A stretch of DNA of 64,000 nt from Halanaeroarchaeum sp. (GCA_042216165.1 JBDGUD010000041.1:149-64148); one strand, 5' to 3'; shown: positions 41,882 to 53,119, counted from the first letter of the stretch. Notes: generated by a model from the sequence alone, not told the origin. Numbers and translations are program-made.

Positions 41882-41970
41882 TCGGTTCGGATCCGGATTT
41901 CGGATTCTAGGGGGCGGATTTTCGGTCGGCGAGCAGCAAGGTATAGGAGACTTCGTCGGCGAGGTGAACC

Positions 41971-42516
41971 ATGCCAGGTGACCGGGTGACGGTATCGCTC
42001 GACGAGGACGCTCGCGACGCCCTCGACCAGTTGACCGAGCAGACCGACGAGAGCCGGAGCGAATTGATCCGCCAGGCGATCGGATTCTACGCGGCTAACT
42101 TCGAGTCTGCGAGGACGAGCGACGGCGATCGACTCCAGACCTACTACGAGATGTTATCGACCGGGGAACACGTCCTGCTCGACGTCGATCTCCTCCACGC
42201 GTTCCTCGACGCCGTCGAGGAGTCTGGTCGCGATGACGCCGACTTCCTGGAGACCGTGGACCGCGTCGCGTCCTTCCACGCCCAGGAGTACGCCGAACGG
42301 TTCGACTCGCTCGGCGAAGTCCTCGACTGGCTGTCGTTCTGTGGTTTCCTCACCGTTCGACGATCCGAGGGCGACGTCTACCACGTCGTCTTCCCCTCCG
42401 AATCCCTGCGATGGTTCATGATGCGGTTCATCGAGGGGAGCGTCGCCGACCTCCCGTTCGACCTGGAGATAGAGCAGAGCGTCTCCAAGGTCCTGATCAG
42501 GGAACGGTCGGAGTGA
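41971..42516 (+). CDS. ribbon-helix-helix (CopG) regulator with C-terminal domain
   Basis: RVTVSLD...SRSELIRQAI. Confidence 0.85.
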   Translation: MPGDRVTVSLDEDARDALDQLTEQTDESRSELIRQAIGFYAANFESARTSDGDRLQTYYEMLSTGEHVLLDVDLLHAFLDAVEESGRDDADFLETVDRVASFHAQEYAERFDSLGEVLDWLSFCGFLTVRRSEGDVYHVVFPSESLRWFMMRFIEGSVADLPFDLEIEQSVSKVLIRERSE

Positions 42517-42683
42517 GAAGAGTCCATAACGGAGTGGTTGGATGAAGGGTGGTGAAGGCGGTGATCGTGGCGTGTGGAACGGCCGCCCGTTTCATACGAC
42601 CGGCTCGCCCGGTGCACACGATTCATAACAACCCTTTTTCCCGTCGATAGGCACCATGCCAACGGGAATCAACGCAAACAACC

Positions 42684-43892
42684 ATGAACGTTATTCAGCG
42701 ACTCAAGGCCATCGGCCCAGGTGCGATGGTTGCGGCGGCATTCATCGGACCGGGAACGGTCACCACGGCCAGCGTTACGGGCGCACGGTTCGGGTACGCA
42801 CTCCTCTGGACGATCGCGTTCTCGATCGTGGCCACGATCGTCCTCCAGGAGATGAGCGCTCGCCTCGGCCTGGTCTCCGGTGAGGGTCTCGGCGAGGCAC
42901 TTCGGGAGCGCTTCGACAACCGGATCGTCGAGTTCCTCAGTATCTTCCTGGTCGTCGGTGCGATCGGGATCGGAACGGCGGCCTACGAAGCGGGGAACAT
43001 TCTCGGCGGGGCGGCCGGTCTCGCGACGATCACGGGCGTGAGTTCCACGATCTGGGGCGTCCTCATGGGTCTGGTCGCCGGCGTCCTGTTGTTCACCGGC
43101 CGGTACAAGGTGATCGAACGCGCGCTCGTCGGTCTCGTCGTCGTGATGGCCCTCTCCTTCGTCGCGTCGGCGATCCTGATCGGGCCGGACCTCTCCGCGA
43201 TCGCCGCCGGATTCGTTCCTGGCGTCCCCTCGGGATCCCTCTACCTGATCACCGGTCTCGTCGGGACGACCATCGTCGGATACAACCTGTTCTTGCACGC
43301 CAGCAACGTGCAGGAGCGGTGGTCGGGGCCGGAGGATCTCCAGGCCTCGCGAACCGACACCATACTCTCGATTCTCGTCGGGGGATTCATCACGGTGACC
43401 ATCCTGATCACCGCCGCGGCCGCCTTCGAGACCGGGACCCGCATCGACGACGTCGGCCGGATGGCCCAGCAACTCGAACCCCTCGCCGGCCCCTACGCCA
43501 AACTGTTCTTCAGCATCGGTCTGTTCGCGGCCGGGTTCACCAGTGCGACCACGGCACCCCTCGCCGGTGCGTGGGCGACGACCGGCGCTCTCGGGTGGGA
43601 ATCCGACCTGCGGAGCACCCGTTTCCGGGCCGTCTGGGGCACAATCCTGGGCGTCGGCGTTCTCTCGGTGCTCCTCGGCGGCAGCCCGGTCCAGATCATC
43701 GTCTTCGCGCAGGTGGTCAACGGAATCCTTTTGCCAATCGTGGCGGTGTTCTTGCTCTACGCGATGAACGAGAACGACCTGCTCGGCCAGTACACGAACG
43801 GGCCGGTCGCCAACGCCCTCGGTGCCATCGTGACGATCATCGTCGTCTGGCTCGGCGTGCGAACGCTACTCAGCGTCGCCGGAGTGCTATAG
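42684..43892 (+). CDS. Nramp-like (YcsG-type) transporter
   Basis: GPG..AAAFIGPG, where metal Nramps have DPGN; LQEMSARLG; about 11 TM. Confidence 0.85.
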   Translation: MNVIQRLKAIGPGAMVAAAFIGPGTVTTASVTGARFGYALLWTIAFSIVATIVLQEMSARLGLVSGEGLGEALRERFDNRIVEFLSIFLVVGAIGIGTAAYEAGNILGGAAGLATITGVSSTIWGVLMGLVAGVLLFTGRYKVIERALVGLVVVMALSFVASAILIGPDLSAIAAGFVPGVPSGSLYLITGLVGTTIVGYNLFLHASNVQERWSGPEDLQASRTDTILSILVGGFITVTILITAAAAFETGTRIDDVGRMAQQLEPLAGPYAKLFFSIGLFAAGFTSATTAPLAGAWATTGALGWESDLRSTRFRAVWGTILGVGVLSVLLGGSPVQIIVFAQVVNGILLPIVAVFLLYAMNENDLLGQYTNGPVANALGAIVTIIVVWLGVRTLLSVAGVL

Positions 43893-45899
43893 ATGCCATC
43901 TCCCGTAATCGGCGTCGACGTGGGCGGCACGTTCACCGACGTGACGCTTCTGGCCGATGGGGACCTGATCACCGCCAAGGTCCCCAGCACGGCCGATCAG
44001 AGCGAAGGGGTGATGGCTGGCATCGAGAAGGCCTGCGACGAGGCCGGCATCGACCCGGCCGACGTCGAGGGGTTCTCGCACGCCATGACGGTCTCGGTCA
44101 ACGCACTCCTCGAGGAGTCGGGGGCGAAGACGGCCCTCGTCACGACCGAGGGGTTTCGGGACGTCCTCGAGATCGGCCGACAGGACCGTCCGTCGCTGTA
44201 CGATCTCGACGCCGAGAAACCGACGCCGCTGGTCCCGCGTCGACGCAGATACGAGATCGACGAACGGGCGACGCCCGACGGGATCGAACGGGCGGTCGAC
44301 GAGGCGGACGTGCGTCGCGTCGCTGACGAGATCCGCGAGCAGGACGTCGAGTCGGTCGCAGTCTCGCTCCTCCACGCGTACGCACAACCCGATAACGAAC
44401 GACGGGTCGTCGACGTTCTCCGCGAGGAACTCGACGTTCCCGTCTCGGCGTCACACGAGGTGCTGGCCGAGTTCCGGGAGTACGAACGCACGTCGACGAC
44501 GGTGGTCGACGCGTACGTCCGACCGGCCATCGACAGGTACGTCGGTCGTCTCACGGAACGCGCCAGGGAGGCGGGCGTCCCCGAACCGCGGATCATGCAG
44601 GCGAACGGCGGCATCACCGACGCCGACACCGTCAGGCGAAACGCCGTCCTGACCGTCCTGTCGGGTCCCGCGGCGGGAGTCGTCGGCGCGAGTGCAATGG
44701 CCGGCGAAGACGGCGATTCCGACCGGTCGGGGCTCGTCACGTTCGACATGGGCGGGACCTCGAGTGACGTCAGCCTGGTACGGGACGGCGAGGTCGAGCG
44801 GACGACCGAGGGCGCGATCAACGACCGACCGATCAGGACGCCGCTGGTCGACATCGAGACCGTCGGCGCCGGTGGCGGCTCGATCGCCTGGGTCGACTCG
44901 GGTGGGGCCCTGCGGATCGGCCCGCGGTCCGCGGGAGCCGACCCGGGACCGGCCTGTTACGGCAAGGGAGGAACGGAACCGACCGTCACGGACGCGAATC
45001 TCGTCCTCGGCTTCATCGGTGCGAGCACCAGCCTCGGGGGTGAACTGTCCCTCGACGAGGAGGCCGCCTACGACGCACTTGCCGACCTGGCCGAGGAAGC
45101 GGGATTGGACGGTGCGGTCGAGGCGGCCCGGGGCGTCTACCGGGTCGCGAACGCGAACATGACGCGGGCCATCAGGTCGGTCACGGTAGAGCGGGGGTAC
45201 GATCCGCGGAAATTCGGACTCGTCGCCTTCGGCGGTGCGGGACCGATGCACGCGGTGTCGATCGCCGACGGTCTCGACATGGAACGGGTGATCGTCCCCC
45301 GTGCGTCTGGCGTCCTCTCCGCGTACGGGCTGCTCGCAGCCGACGAGAAACAGGACGCCGTTCGCACGTACCAGCAACCACTCGACGACGTCGATCCCGA
45401 CGCCGTCGACGAGGTGTTCGCGTCGTTGGACGAGGCGGTGCTCGACGAGATAGGGGATCCAGATCGGGCCGAGATCAGTCACTCCGTCGACTGCCGCTAC
45501 GCCGGTCAGAGCTTCGAACTCACCGTGGAGGTCGAGGAGGAGTTCGACCCCGACGCCGCCAGGAGACGCTTCGCGGAGGCCCACGACGTGGCGTACGGCT
45601 ACCGGATGGACGAACCGGTCCACCTCGTGAACTGCCGAACGACTGCCACCGTGTCCCGCGAGGCACCCGACGTCGACTATCGCGCGAGCGGGAGCGCACG
45701 CAAGGAGACCCGGGAGGCGACGTTCGACGACGGCGTCCACGACACCCCCGTGTATCGACGGGAGCGCCTCCAGCGGGGGCGAACGCTCGATGGGCCAGCA
45801 GTCGTCGAACAGGACGAGAGTACCATCGTCGTTCCACCGGCCTGGACCGCCAGCGTCCGGGCGGACGGCGCATTGATCGTCGAGGAGGACGATACATGA
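43893..45899 (+). CDS. hydantoinase A / 5-oxoprolinase ATP-binding subunit
   Basis: DVGGTFTD, SGPAAG, DMGGTS, GAGGGS, FGGAG. Confidence 0.93.
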   Translation: MPSPVIGVDVGGTFTDVTLLADGDLITAKVPSTADQSEGVMAGIEKACDEAGIDPADVEGFSHAMTVSVNALLEESGAKTALVTTEGFRDVLEIGRQDRPSLYDLDAEKPTPLVPRRRRYEIDERATPDGIERAVDEADVRRVADEIREQDVESVAVSLLHAYAQPDNERRVVDVLREELDVPVSASHEVLAEFREYERTSTTVVDAYVRPAIDRYVGRLTERAREAGVPEPRIMQANGGITDADTVRRNAVLTVLSGPAAGVVGASAMAGEDGDSDRSGLVTFDMGGTSSDVSLVRDGEVERTTEGAINDRPIRTPLVDIETVGAGGGSIAWVDSGGALRIGPRSAGADPGPACYGKGGTEPTVTDANLVLGFIGASTSLGGELSLDEEAAYDALADLAEEAGLDGAVEAARGVYRVANANMTRAIRSVTVERGYDPRKFGLVAFGGAGPMHAVSIADGLDMERVIVPRASGVLSAYGLLAADEKQDAVRTYQQPLDDVDPDAVDEVFASLDEAVLDEIGDPDRAEISHSVDCRYAGQSFELTVEVEEEFDPDAARRRFAEAHDVAYGYRMDEPVHLVNCRTTATVSREAPDVDYRASGSARKETREATFDDGVHDTPVYRRERLQRGRTLDGPAVVEQDESTIVVPPAWTASVRADGALIVEEDDT

Positions 45900-47503
45900 C
45901 CACAGCAGACGCGGACATCGATCCGGTCACGCTCGAGATACTGCGCAATCAGCTGGAGAGCATCGCCGAGGAGATGGGCCACGTCCTGATCACCGGTGCG
46001 TACTCGCCCAACATCAAGGAACGCCAGGACTGTTCGACAGCGCTGTTCGACGCCGACGGGGACATGGTCGCACAGGCGGAACACATCCCGGTCCACCTCG
46101 GGGCCATGCCCGACGCGGTGGACGTCGTCCTGGAAAAGGATCCGAAACCGGGCGACGTCTTCGTCGTCAACGATCCGTTCAAGGGTGGAACCCACCTGCC
46201 GGACATCACCCTGGTCTCGACCATCGCTCCCGAGGACGAGGTGGTCGGCTACGCCGTGTCCAGGGCCCACCACGCAGACGTGGGCGGAAGCGCGCCCGGT
46301 AGCATGCCGCCAGGGGCTCAGGAGGTATACGAGGAGGGGCTCAGACTCCCGGCCGTCCGTCTCGTCGACGGGGGAGAGCAAAACGAAGAGGTCCTCGAGA
46401 TGATCCTGGCCAACGTCAGGACGCCGGACGAACGCCGGGCCGACCTCCGAGCCCAGCGCGCGGCGAACGACCGGGCCGAGGAGCGCATCGGCGACCTCCT
46501 CGACGAACACGGCGATCTGCTGCTCGAGGCCTTCGACGCCGTCGTGGAGTACTCGCGAGACCGCGTCGAGACCGAACTCGCGAAATTGCCGGACGGGACC
46601 TACGAGGCCAGCGACGTTCTCGAGGGCGACGGCGTGACTGAAGAGGACGTGCCCATCGAGGTGACCGTGACGATCGACGGATCGACCATCGACGTGGACT
46701 TCGCCGGCACCGCCGACCAGGTCGCAGGCAACCTCAACGCGCCCCTCTCCGTGGCGAAGAGCGCCGTGTACTTCGTCGTCCGCGCCGTGACCGACCCCGA
46801 GATTCCGCCGAACCACGGCTGTTACGAACCCGTGACCGTGTCCGCACCCGAGGGCTCGGTGCTCAATCCCTCCCCGCCGGCCGCCGTGGTCGGTGGAAAC
46901 GTCGAAACCAGCCAGCGAGTCACCGACGTCACCCTGGAGGCCCTCGCGTCCGCGATCCCGGACCGCGTGCCAGCGGGCGGGCAGGGAACGATGAACAACC
47001 TCATCATCGGCGACCGTACCGGCGAGTTCACCTACTACGAGACCATCGGCGGTGGGTTCGGCGCGCGTCCCGACAGGGACGGCATGGACGGGGTACAGGT
47101 CGGTATGACCAATACCCTCAACACGCCGATAGAGGCCATGGAGACGGAGTACCCCCTGCGCGTTGAGACGTACGCCCTCAGGGAATCGTCGGGTGGTGAC
47201 GGCGAGTACCGGGGCGGTCTCGGTCTCGTCAGATCGGTGACCGTCGAGACGGACGCGACCGTCTCACTGCTGACCGAACGCCGACGGACCGCACCCGCGG
47301 GGGTGGACGGCGGCGGCGACGGGGCGACTGGCGAGAACGTGATCGACGGTGAATCGGTCGCCTCAAAGACGTCCATCGACGTGAGCCCGGGGACGACGGT
47401 GACGGTCGCGACGCCAGGGGGCGGCGGACACGGTGATCCCGACGACCGCGACGAATCGGCACGGGAACGCGACCGTCTCGACGAGAAGGTGACCGACCGA
47501 TGA
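45896..47503 (+). CDS. hydantoinase B / 5-oxoprolinase subunit
   Basis: SPNIKERQDCS, GGTHLPD, HHADVGG, TPGGGG. Confidence 0.93.
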   Translation: MTTADADIDPVTLEILRNQLESIAEEMGHVLITGAYSPNIKERQDCSTALFDADGDMVAQAEHIPVHLGAMPDAVDVVLEKDPKPGDVFVVNDPFKGGTHLPDITLVSTIAPEDEVVGYAVSRAHHADVGGSAPGSMPPGAQEVYEEGLRLPAVRLVDGGEQNEEVLEMILANVRTPDERRADLRAQRAANDRAEERIGDLLDEHGDLLLEAFDAVVEYSRDRVETELAKLPDGTYEASDVLEGDGVTEEDVPIEVTVTIDGSTIDVDFAGTADQVAGNLNAPLSVAKSAVYFVVRAVTDPEIPPNHGCYEPVTVSAPEGSVLNPSPPAAVVGGNVETSQRVTDVTLEALASAIPDRVPAGGQGTMNNLIIGDRTGEFTYYETIGGGFGARPDRDGMDGVQVGMTNTLNTPIEAMETEYPLRVETYALRESSGGDGEYRGGLGLVRSVTVETDATVSLLTERRRTAPAGVDGGGDGATGENVIDGESVASKTSIDVSPGTTVTVATPGGGGHGDPDDRDESARERDRLDEKVTDR

Positions 47504-48210
47504 CCCGAATCGGACTCGTCGTCCCGTCGTCGAACACCACGGCCGAGCCGGAGTTTCGAGCGATGGCACCGTCATCGGTCACGGTCCACGGGGCGCGAAT
47601 GCCCCTGGAGGACGTCACCCCCGATGGACTCGACGAGATGGCCGACGGAGCCGAACGGGCCGGGAGACTTCTCGGCCACGCCGACGTCGACGGCGTCGCG
47701 TACGCCTGCACGACGGGGAGTCTGCTCCACGGCCCCGGGTTCGACGCCGACCTCGAATCCCGTCTCGAGGACGCGGTCGAGGGACCGGCAGTCGCCACGG
47801 CACTCTCCGTCAGGCGGGCGTTCGAGGCGCTGGACGTCGAGACGCTGGCGGTCCGTACGCCCTACGCGCCGGAACTCGACGAGCTCGAACGCGACTATCT
47901 GGAGGCGACCGGGTTCGACGTCGTGTCGATGCAGGGGCGGGGAATCGTCGACAATACCGACATCGGCGCGCTGACCGCCGGGGACGCCGCCAGCCAGGTG
48001 ATCGAAACCGTCGAGGATCCGGTCGAGGCCGATGGCGTCTTCGTTTCGTGCACCAACTACGCGACGGTGGGTGCACTCGCCGCCCTCGAGGATCGCTTCG
48101 GCGTTCCGGTCGTGTCGAGCAACGTCGCGACCATGTGGGATCTCGCCCACCGCCTGGACGTCGAGCCCGCCATCGAGGGATCGCTCGGAACCGTCGCGCC
48201 GGACGGGTAA
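47500..48210 (+). CDS. Asp/Glu racemase superfamily (maleate isomerase-like)
   Basis: VPSSNTT, ACTTGS, SCTN two-Cys active site. Confidence 0.88.
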   Translation: MTRIGLVVPSSNTTAEPEFRAMAPSSVTVHGARMPLEDVTPDGLDEMADGAERAGRLLGHADVDGVAYACTTGSLLHGPGFDADLESRLEDAVEGPAVATALSVRRAFEALDVETLAVRTPYAPELDELERDYLEATGFDVVSMQGRGIVDNTDIGALTAGDAASQVIETVEDPVEADGVFVSCTNYATVGALAALEDRFGVPVVSSNVATMWDLAHRLDVEPAIEGSLGTVAPDG

Positions 48211-48471
48211 GGGACGAGCGCGACCCGTAATAACCGCCCCTGGCGGCCACGGGGCTGGGCCACGGTTCGGATCGATCGACCGACGTGGCAACCGGCTGCT
48301 TGCCCGGTGTGACAACGCCGTCGAATGCGGTGGCCGCTCGTATGCCGGACCGCCAATGATATATCGTCCGGTAATTCTGATCGATTGATAAGTGTCGTCT
48401 CTCATTATGAGGAGCCCGTCGCTCGTTTCAACGGTGGGGACCGTCGCCGTGCGGTCCGCCAGGGAGTTCCC

Positions 48472-49725
48472 ATGTCAGAATCTACGAGTCCAGTCGAGGC
48501 CCTGCACGAACGACTCGAGGCCGCATCCACGTACGTCGACGTCCGCGACGACGAACTCGAGAGTCTCGCCTACCCCGATCGGTCGGTCGAAGCGAACCTC
48601 GCGGTGGAGATGGACGACGGACGGATAGAGCGGTTCCCGGCCTATCGAATACAGTTCGACGACGCTCGCGGCCCCTACAAGGGCGGGATTCGGTACCACC
48701 CGTCGGTCGGCCGCGACGAGGTGACCGCGCTCGCTGGCTGGATGGTCTACAAGTGTGCGCTGGTCGACATCCCGTTCGGCGGTGCCAAGGGCGGGGTCGC
48801 CTTCGATCCCGGGGCGTACTCGACGGCGGAGCGAGAGCGGATCACCCGGGCTTACGCCACCGAATTTCGACCAATCGTGGGCGAAGACAGGGACGTCCCC
48901 GCGCCCGACGTCAACACCGGTCAGCGCGAGATGAACTGGTTCAAGGACACCTACGAGACGCTGGAGAACGCGACCGCCCCGGGCGTCGTCACGGGGAAGG
49001 GGATCGAGAGCGGCGGGAGCGCGGGCCGTCGGAAGGCCACCGGCCGATCGGTCACCATCGCCGCACGCGAACTCTTCGAACACCTCGGTCGACCGATCGA
49101 CGGCGCGACCGTCGCGATCCAGGGATACGGCAACGTCGGATCCGTCGCGGCCGAACTCCTCGCGGCGAGCGGAGCGAAGGTCGTGGCCGTCAGCGATTCG
49201 ACGGGTGCGATCTTCGACTCGACGGGGCTGTCCCCGGCCGACGTGGCGGCGGCGAAGGCCGAAACGGGTACGGTCGTGGGATACGACGATGCCGAAGAGC
49301 GAACGAACGAGGCCCTCCTGACGGCGGACGTGGACCTCCTGGTTCCGGCCGCCATCGAGAACGTGATCGACGGGTCGCTCGCGAGGGACGTGCGAGCGGA
49401 CGTGATCGTCGAGGGCGCGAACGGCCCCCTCACCGTCGAGGCGGACGCCGTCCTCGGGGAGCGCGACGTCGTCGTCTTGCCCGACGTCCTCGCCAACGCG
49501 GGCGGCGTCACCGTCTCGTACTTCGAATGGGTCCAGAACCGGCAGCGACTGGCCTGGTCGGGAGAGCGCGTCAACGAGCGCCTCGAGGCAGTGATCACCG
49601 ACGCCTTCCAGGAACTCGTCGCCACGGCGTCGGAACACGACACCCCGGACTTCCGGACGGCCGCCTACGTCGTCGCCATCGATCGGGTCTTGCAGGCAGC
49701 GCGGAACGACGGCCACTGGCCGTAG
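48472..49725 (+). CDS. gdhA: glutamate dehydrogenase (Glu/Leu/Phe/Val DH family)
   Basis: [40 protein letters not shown]. Confidence 0.9.
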   Translation: MSESTSPVEALHERLEAASTYVDVRDDELESLAYPDRSVEANLAVEMDDGRIERFPAYRIQFDDARGPYKGGIRYHPSVGRDEVTALAGWMVYKCALVDIPFGGAKGGVAFDPGAYSTAERERITRAYATEFRPIVGEDRDVPAPDVNTGQREMNWFKDTYETLENATAPGVVTGKGIESGGSAGRRKATGRSVTIAARELFEHLGRPIDGATVAIQGYGNVGSVAAELLAASGAKVVAVSDSTGAIFDSTGLSPADVAAAKAETGTVVGYDDAEERTNEALLTADVDLLVPAAIENVIDGSLARDVRADVIVEGANGPLTVEADAVLGERDVVVLPDVLANAGGVTVSYFEWVQNRQRLAWSGERVNERLEAVITDAFQELVATASEHDTPDFRTAAYVVAIDRVLQAARNDGHWP

Positions 49726-49802
49726 GATCGATTACAGGTCCGCGAGAATTGGCGGCGGCATATTTGTTGTCACAGAAACAATTACTCGCGAGGGGACAAC
49801 GC

Positions 49803-50231
49803 ATGCCCGTCAAGAACCTCGCCGTCGACGTGGTGACCGCGACCCGTGACGCGACCCTGAAAGACCTCGCGACGACGATGCGTGACGAGGCGCTCGGGGA
49901 CCTCGTCATCGCGGAGAACGACGAACCGGTCGGTATCGTCACCGATCGCGACCTGGCGATGGCCATCGCCGAGCACGACGACCTCGAGAGTCTGACCGCC
50001 GTTGACGTCATGACGCCGGACCCGGTCACGATTCACGAGGACGCCACCGCCGTGGATCTGCCCGCAGCGATGGCTGAACGCGGGATCCGCCGAATCCCGG
50101 TCGTGGACGACGACGGTCGACTCGTGGGTATCGCGACCCTCGACGACGTCGTTGCCACCGCGGGCGAGATGCTCGACGACGTGGCGACGGCGATCGAGAA
50201 ACAGTCGCGAGAATTCGAACCGGACGACTGA
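49803..50231 (+). CDS. CBS domain protein
   Basis: GIVTDRD, RRIPVVD..LVGIATLDD. Confidence 0.9.
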   Translation: MPVKNLAVDVVTATRDATLKDLATTMRDEALGDLVIAENDEPVGIVTDRDLAMAIAEHDDLESLTAVDVMTPDPVTIHEDATAVDLPAAMAERGIRRIPVVDDDGRLVGIATLDDVVATAGEMLDDVATAIEKQSREFEPDD

Positions 50232-50366
50232 GGCGGACCGGCCGCCTCAGTCGGGGCCGGCAATTCCGAGTCGGTCGGAGGTCGTCCCGAAATCACTGTT
50301 CGCGTGGGGCGAACCCCGACGATCACGTGTGGGACCGACGACGATCGACGGCATCGGGGCAGGTGT

Positions 50367-50576
50367 TCACCGGGACGGGGGATCCGCGGCACTCCCCCGG
50401 TTCAGCGCCCAGCGGACGACCGCGCTCACGACGGCTCCCACGAGCAGCGGAGGGATCAACAGGAACGTGAGCGATACCCGCTCGGCCGTCGCCCAGAGAA
50501 TCGTGGCCAGGTATCCGACGGTCACGCTCTGGAGGACGACGATCGCAGCGAGGTACCGCTCCAAGCGGGGATCCAT
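50367..50576 (-). CDS. small membrane protein
   Basis: MDPRLERYL followed by two hydrophobic helices. Confidence 0.55.
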   Translation of the reverse strand: MDPRLERYLAAIVVLQSVTVGYLATILWATAERVSLTFLLIPPLLVGAVVSAVVRWALNRGSAADPPSR

Positions 50577-50699
50577 ACCCGGACGTGTATGGGGGCCGCG
50601 AAGTAGGTTTGGGATCGCGGTGTTCGCCCGAGTTGGGGAACGACGAGTGGCGTTTCTCAAGGGTTAAGGAGCGCGAAGCGCTATCTCGTTCCGATTCGA

Positions 50700-51983
50700 A
50701 TGCAACCCCGGCTCGGAATCGATCGTCGCGTTCTCGTCCTCGCGATGGCGCGAATGGCCGACGCGATGGGCAACTCCTTTCTCATCATCGTGTTGCCGCT
50801 GTACGTCGGAAGCGCGCAGATCACGGGGACGACCTTCGGGCTGACGGAGGCGCTGATCACCGGCATCGTGCTCTCGATGTTCGGCCTGTTCAACAGTTTG
50901 CTCCAGCCCTTCACCGGGCGCCTCTCCGACCGGACGGGTCGCCGAAAGCGATACATCCTCCTCGGCCTGGTCGTCCTGACCGTCACCAACTTCGCGTACA
51001 CCCTCGCCGACAGTTACGTCCTCCTGATCGTCAACCGGGCCATCCAGGGAATCGGGGTCGCCTTCACCGTGACCGCGACCATCGCGCTCGTCAACGAGTA
51101 CGCGACCGACGCCGACCGCGGCGGCAACATGGGCGTGTTCAACACGTTTCGGTTGATCGGATTCGGTATCGGACCCGTGCTCGCTGGCGTCATCGTCGCC
51201 CGGGGGCCCTACGCCCTGGACGTCCTCGGTGGTCTGCAGATTTCCGGTTTCGAGGGCGCATTCTACGTGGCCGCCGCCGGGGCCCTGTTGAGTACGACGC
51301 TCGTCGCCCTGGTCATCGAAGACTCCGAGCGCACGACGGCACAGGCGGGCGAGGACCTCTCGGTCGACGTGCTCTCGGATCGGCCCGGTCGGGTCCTGGA
51401 CCCGGTCTTCACGCTCGGCGTCGCCACCCTGTTCATGGCGATGGGGATCGCGCTGTTCTCGACGATCCAGCCGGAGATCAACGCCCACCTCGAGCAGTCG
51501 CCGACCCTCTTCGGCCTGGAGTTCGGGGCCTTCGTGCTGGCACAGGTCCTCTTCCAGTACCCGATCGGTCGGGCGAGCGACCAGTTCGGTCGGCGGCCGT
51601 TCGTTCTGGCTGGACTCGTCCTGCTGGCACCGGTGACGATGTTGCAGGGCCTGGTATGGCTTCCCTGGCAGATGGTCGCGGCGCGCTTCGTGCAGGGCGT
51701 CGCGGGTGCGATGGTCTTCGCGCCGGCGCTCGCCCTGGCAGGCGACGTGTCGAAGATGGGGGAGTCCGGCACGAAACTCTCGGTGCTCACCATGGCCTTC
51801 GGTCTGGGGACCGCCCTCGGTCCACTCTCCTCGGGCTTCCTGATCCGATTCGGGTACGCGATCCCCTTCGCGTTCGGTGCCGGTCTCGCGGCAGTCGGGG
51901 CAGTCCTGGTCTACAGCCAGGTCGACGAACCGGACCGGGGTGGCTCGTCGCGCCAGTCCGGATCGCCGTCTCCGTCCGACTGA
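50700..51983 (+). CDS. MFS transporter
   Basis: GRLSDRTGRRK and GRASDQFGRR motif A; about 12 TM. Confidence 0.92.
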   Translation: MQPRLGIDRRVLVLAMARMADAMGNSFLIIVLPLYVGSAQITGTTFGLTEALITGIVLSMFGLFNSLLQPFTGRLSDRTGRRKRYILLGLVVLTVTNFAYTLADSYVLLIVNRAIQGIGVAFTVTATIALVNEYATDADRGGNMGVFNTFRLIGFGIGPVLAGVIVARGPYALDVLGGLQISGFEGAFYVAAAGALLSTTLVALVIEDSERTTAQAGEDLSVDVLSDRPGRVLDPVFTLGVATLFMAMGIALFSTIQPEINAHLEQSPTLFGLEFGAFVLAQVLFQYPIGRASDQFGRRPFVLAGLVLLAPVTMLQGLVWLPWQMVAARFVQGVAGAMVFAPALALAGDVSKMGESGTKLSVLTMAFGLGTALGPLSSGFLIRFGYAIPFAFGAGLAAVGAVLVYSQVDEPDRGGSSRQSGSPSPSD

Positions 51984-52057
51984 TGGGTTACCCACACCAT
52001 CGGTGCCGATTTTCCGGAGACTGAACCTTTTTCGGACTCCGCGAATTCGAGAGACGT

Positions 52058-53068
52058 ATGACGGATCTGGCGGACATCTCGTTGGACTTCGTCCAGCTCG
52101 GCGACACCGGCATCCAGACCAGCGAACTCCAGTTCGGCACCTGGCGGTTCGGGAAGGAGACGGAGGAGGGCAACGTCGAAATCGGGGAAGAGCGCGCCCA
52201 GGAGTTGCTCGACGGTTACGAGCGGGCGGGCGGTCGATACATCGACACCGCCGACGTCTACGGCGGGGGCGAGGCCGAACGATGGATCGGCGACTGGCTC
52301 GCCGACCGCGACAGGGAGCGGTACACCGTCGCGTCGAAGATCTACTGGCAGATACGCGACGGCGATCCGAATAGCCGCGGGACGAACCGGAAGAACCTCC
52401 GTCATCGCGTTGACGAGATTCTCGACCGCCTCGGGACGGACTACCTCGACGTCCTCTACATCCATCGCTGGGACGACGCGACGTCGGCCCGAGAGATGAT
52501 GAAGACCCTCGACGGCCTCGTCGAGGCTGGCAAGGTCCACTACCTCGGCGCGTCCACGCTCCGCCCGAACGCGTGGAAAGTCGTCAAGGCGAACCGAATC
52601 GCCCGGGAGGAGGGCTGGGAACCGTTCACGGTCCTCCAGCCGCGGTACAACCTGGTGGATCGGGAAATCGAGGGCGATTACCTCGAGATGGCTCTCACCG
52701 AGGGACTCGCGCTCTGCCCGTGGAGCCCCCTCGGTCAGGGATTCCTGACGGGGAAGTACTCGCGCGACGAGGGACTGACGGGGGAATCCCGGGCCGCCGA
52801 GTCCGGTCGCTTCGAGGACGCCTACCTGACCTCGCAGAACTTCGACGCCCACGACGAACTCGAAGCGGTGGCCGAGTCGGTCGATGCGACGCCAGCCCAG
52901 ACGGCTCTCGCCTGGCTCATGCACCGGGACGGCGTGACCGCCCCCATCGTCGGTGCCCGAACGACGGACCAACTCCGGGAGAACCTCGCCGCGTCGACCG
53001 TCGACCTCTCGGCGGACCAGGTTCGGCGGCTCACGACGGCGATGCCCGGTCCGTACGCGGACCTCTGA
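52058..53068 (+). CDS. aldo/keto reductase
   Basis: IDTADVYG, YIHRWD, WSPLGQGFLTGKY. Confidence 0.93.
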   Translation: MTDLADISLDFVQLGDTGIQTSELQFGTWRFGKETEEGNVEIGEERAQELLDGYERAGGRYIDTADVYGGGEAERWIGDWLADRDRERYTVASKIYWQIRDGDPNSRGTNRKNLRHRVDEILDRLGTDYLDVLYIHRWDDATSAREMMKTLDGLVEAGKVHYLGASTLRPNAWKVVKANRIAREEGWEPFTVLQPRYNLVDREIEGDYLEMALTEGLALCPWSPLGQGFLTGKYSRDEGLTGESRAAESGRFEDAYLTSQNFDAHDELEAVAESVDATPAQTALAWLMHRDGVTAPIVGARTTDQLRENLAASTVDLSADQVRRLTTAMPGPYADL

Positions 53069-53119
53069 ATCGAGCGGCGGATCCGAACGGTACAAGGGAA
53101 CGGTCCACGTTCGATTCCC

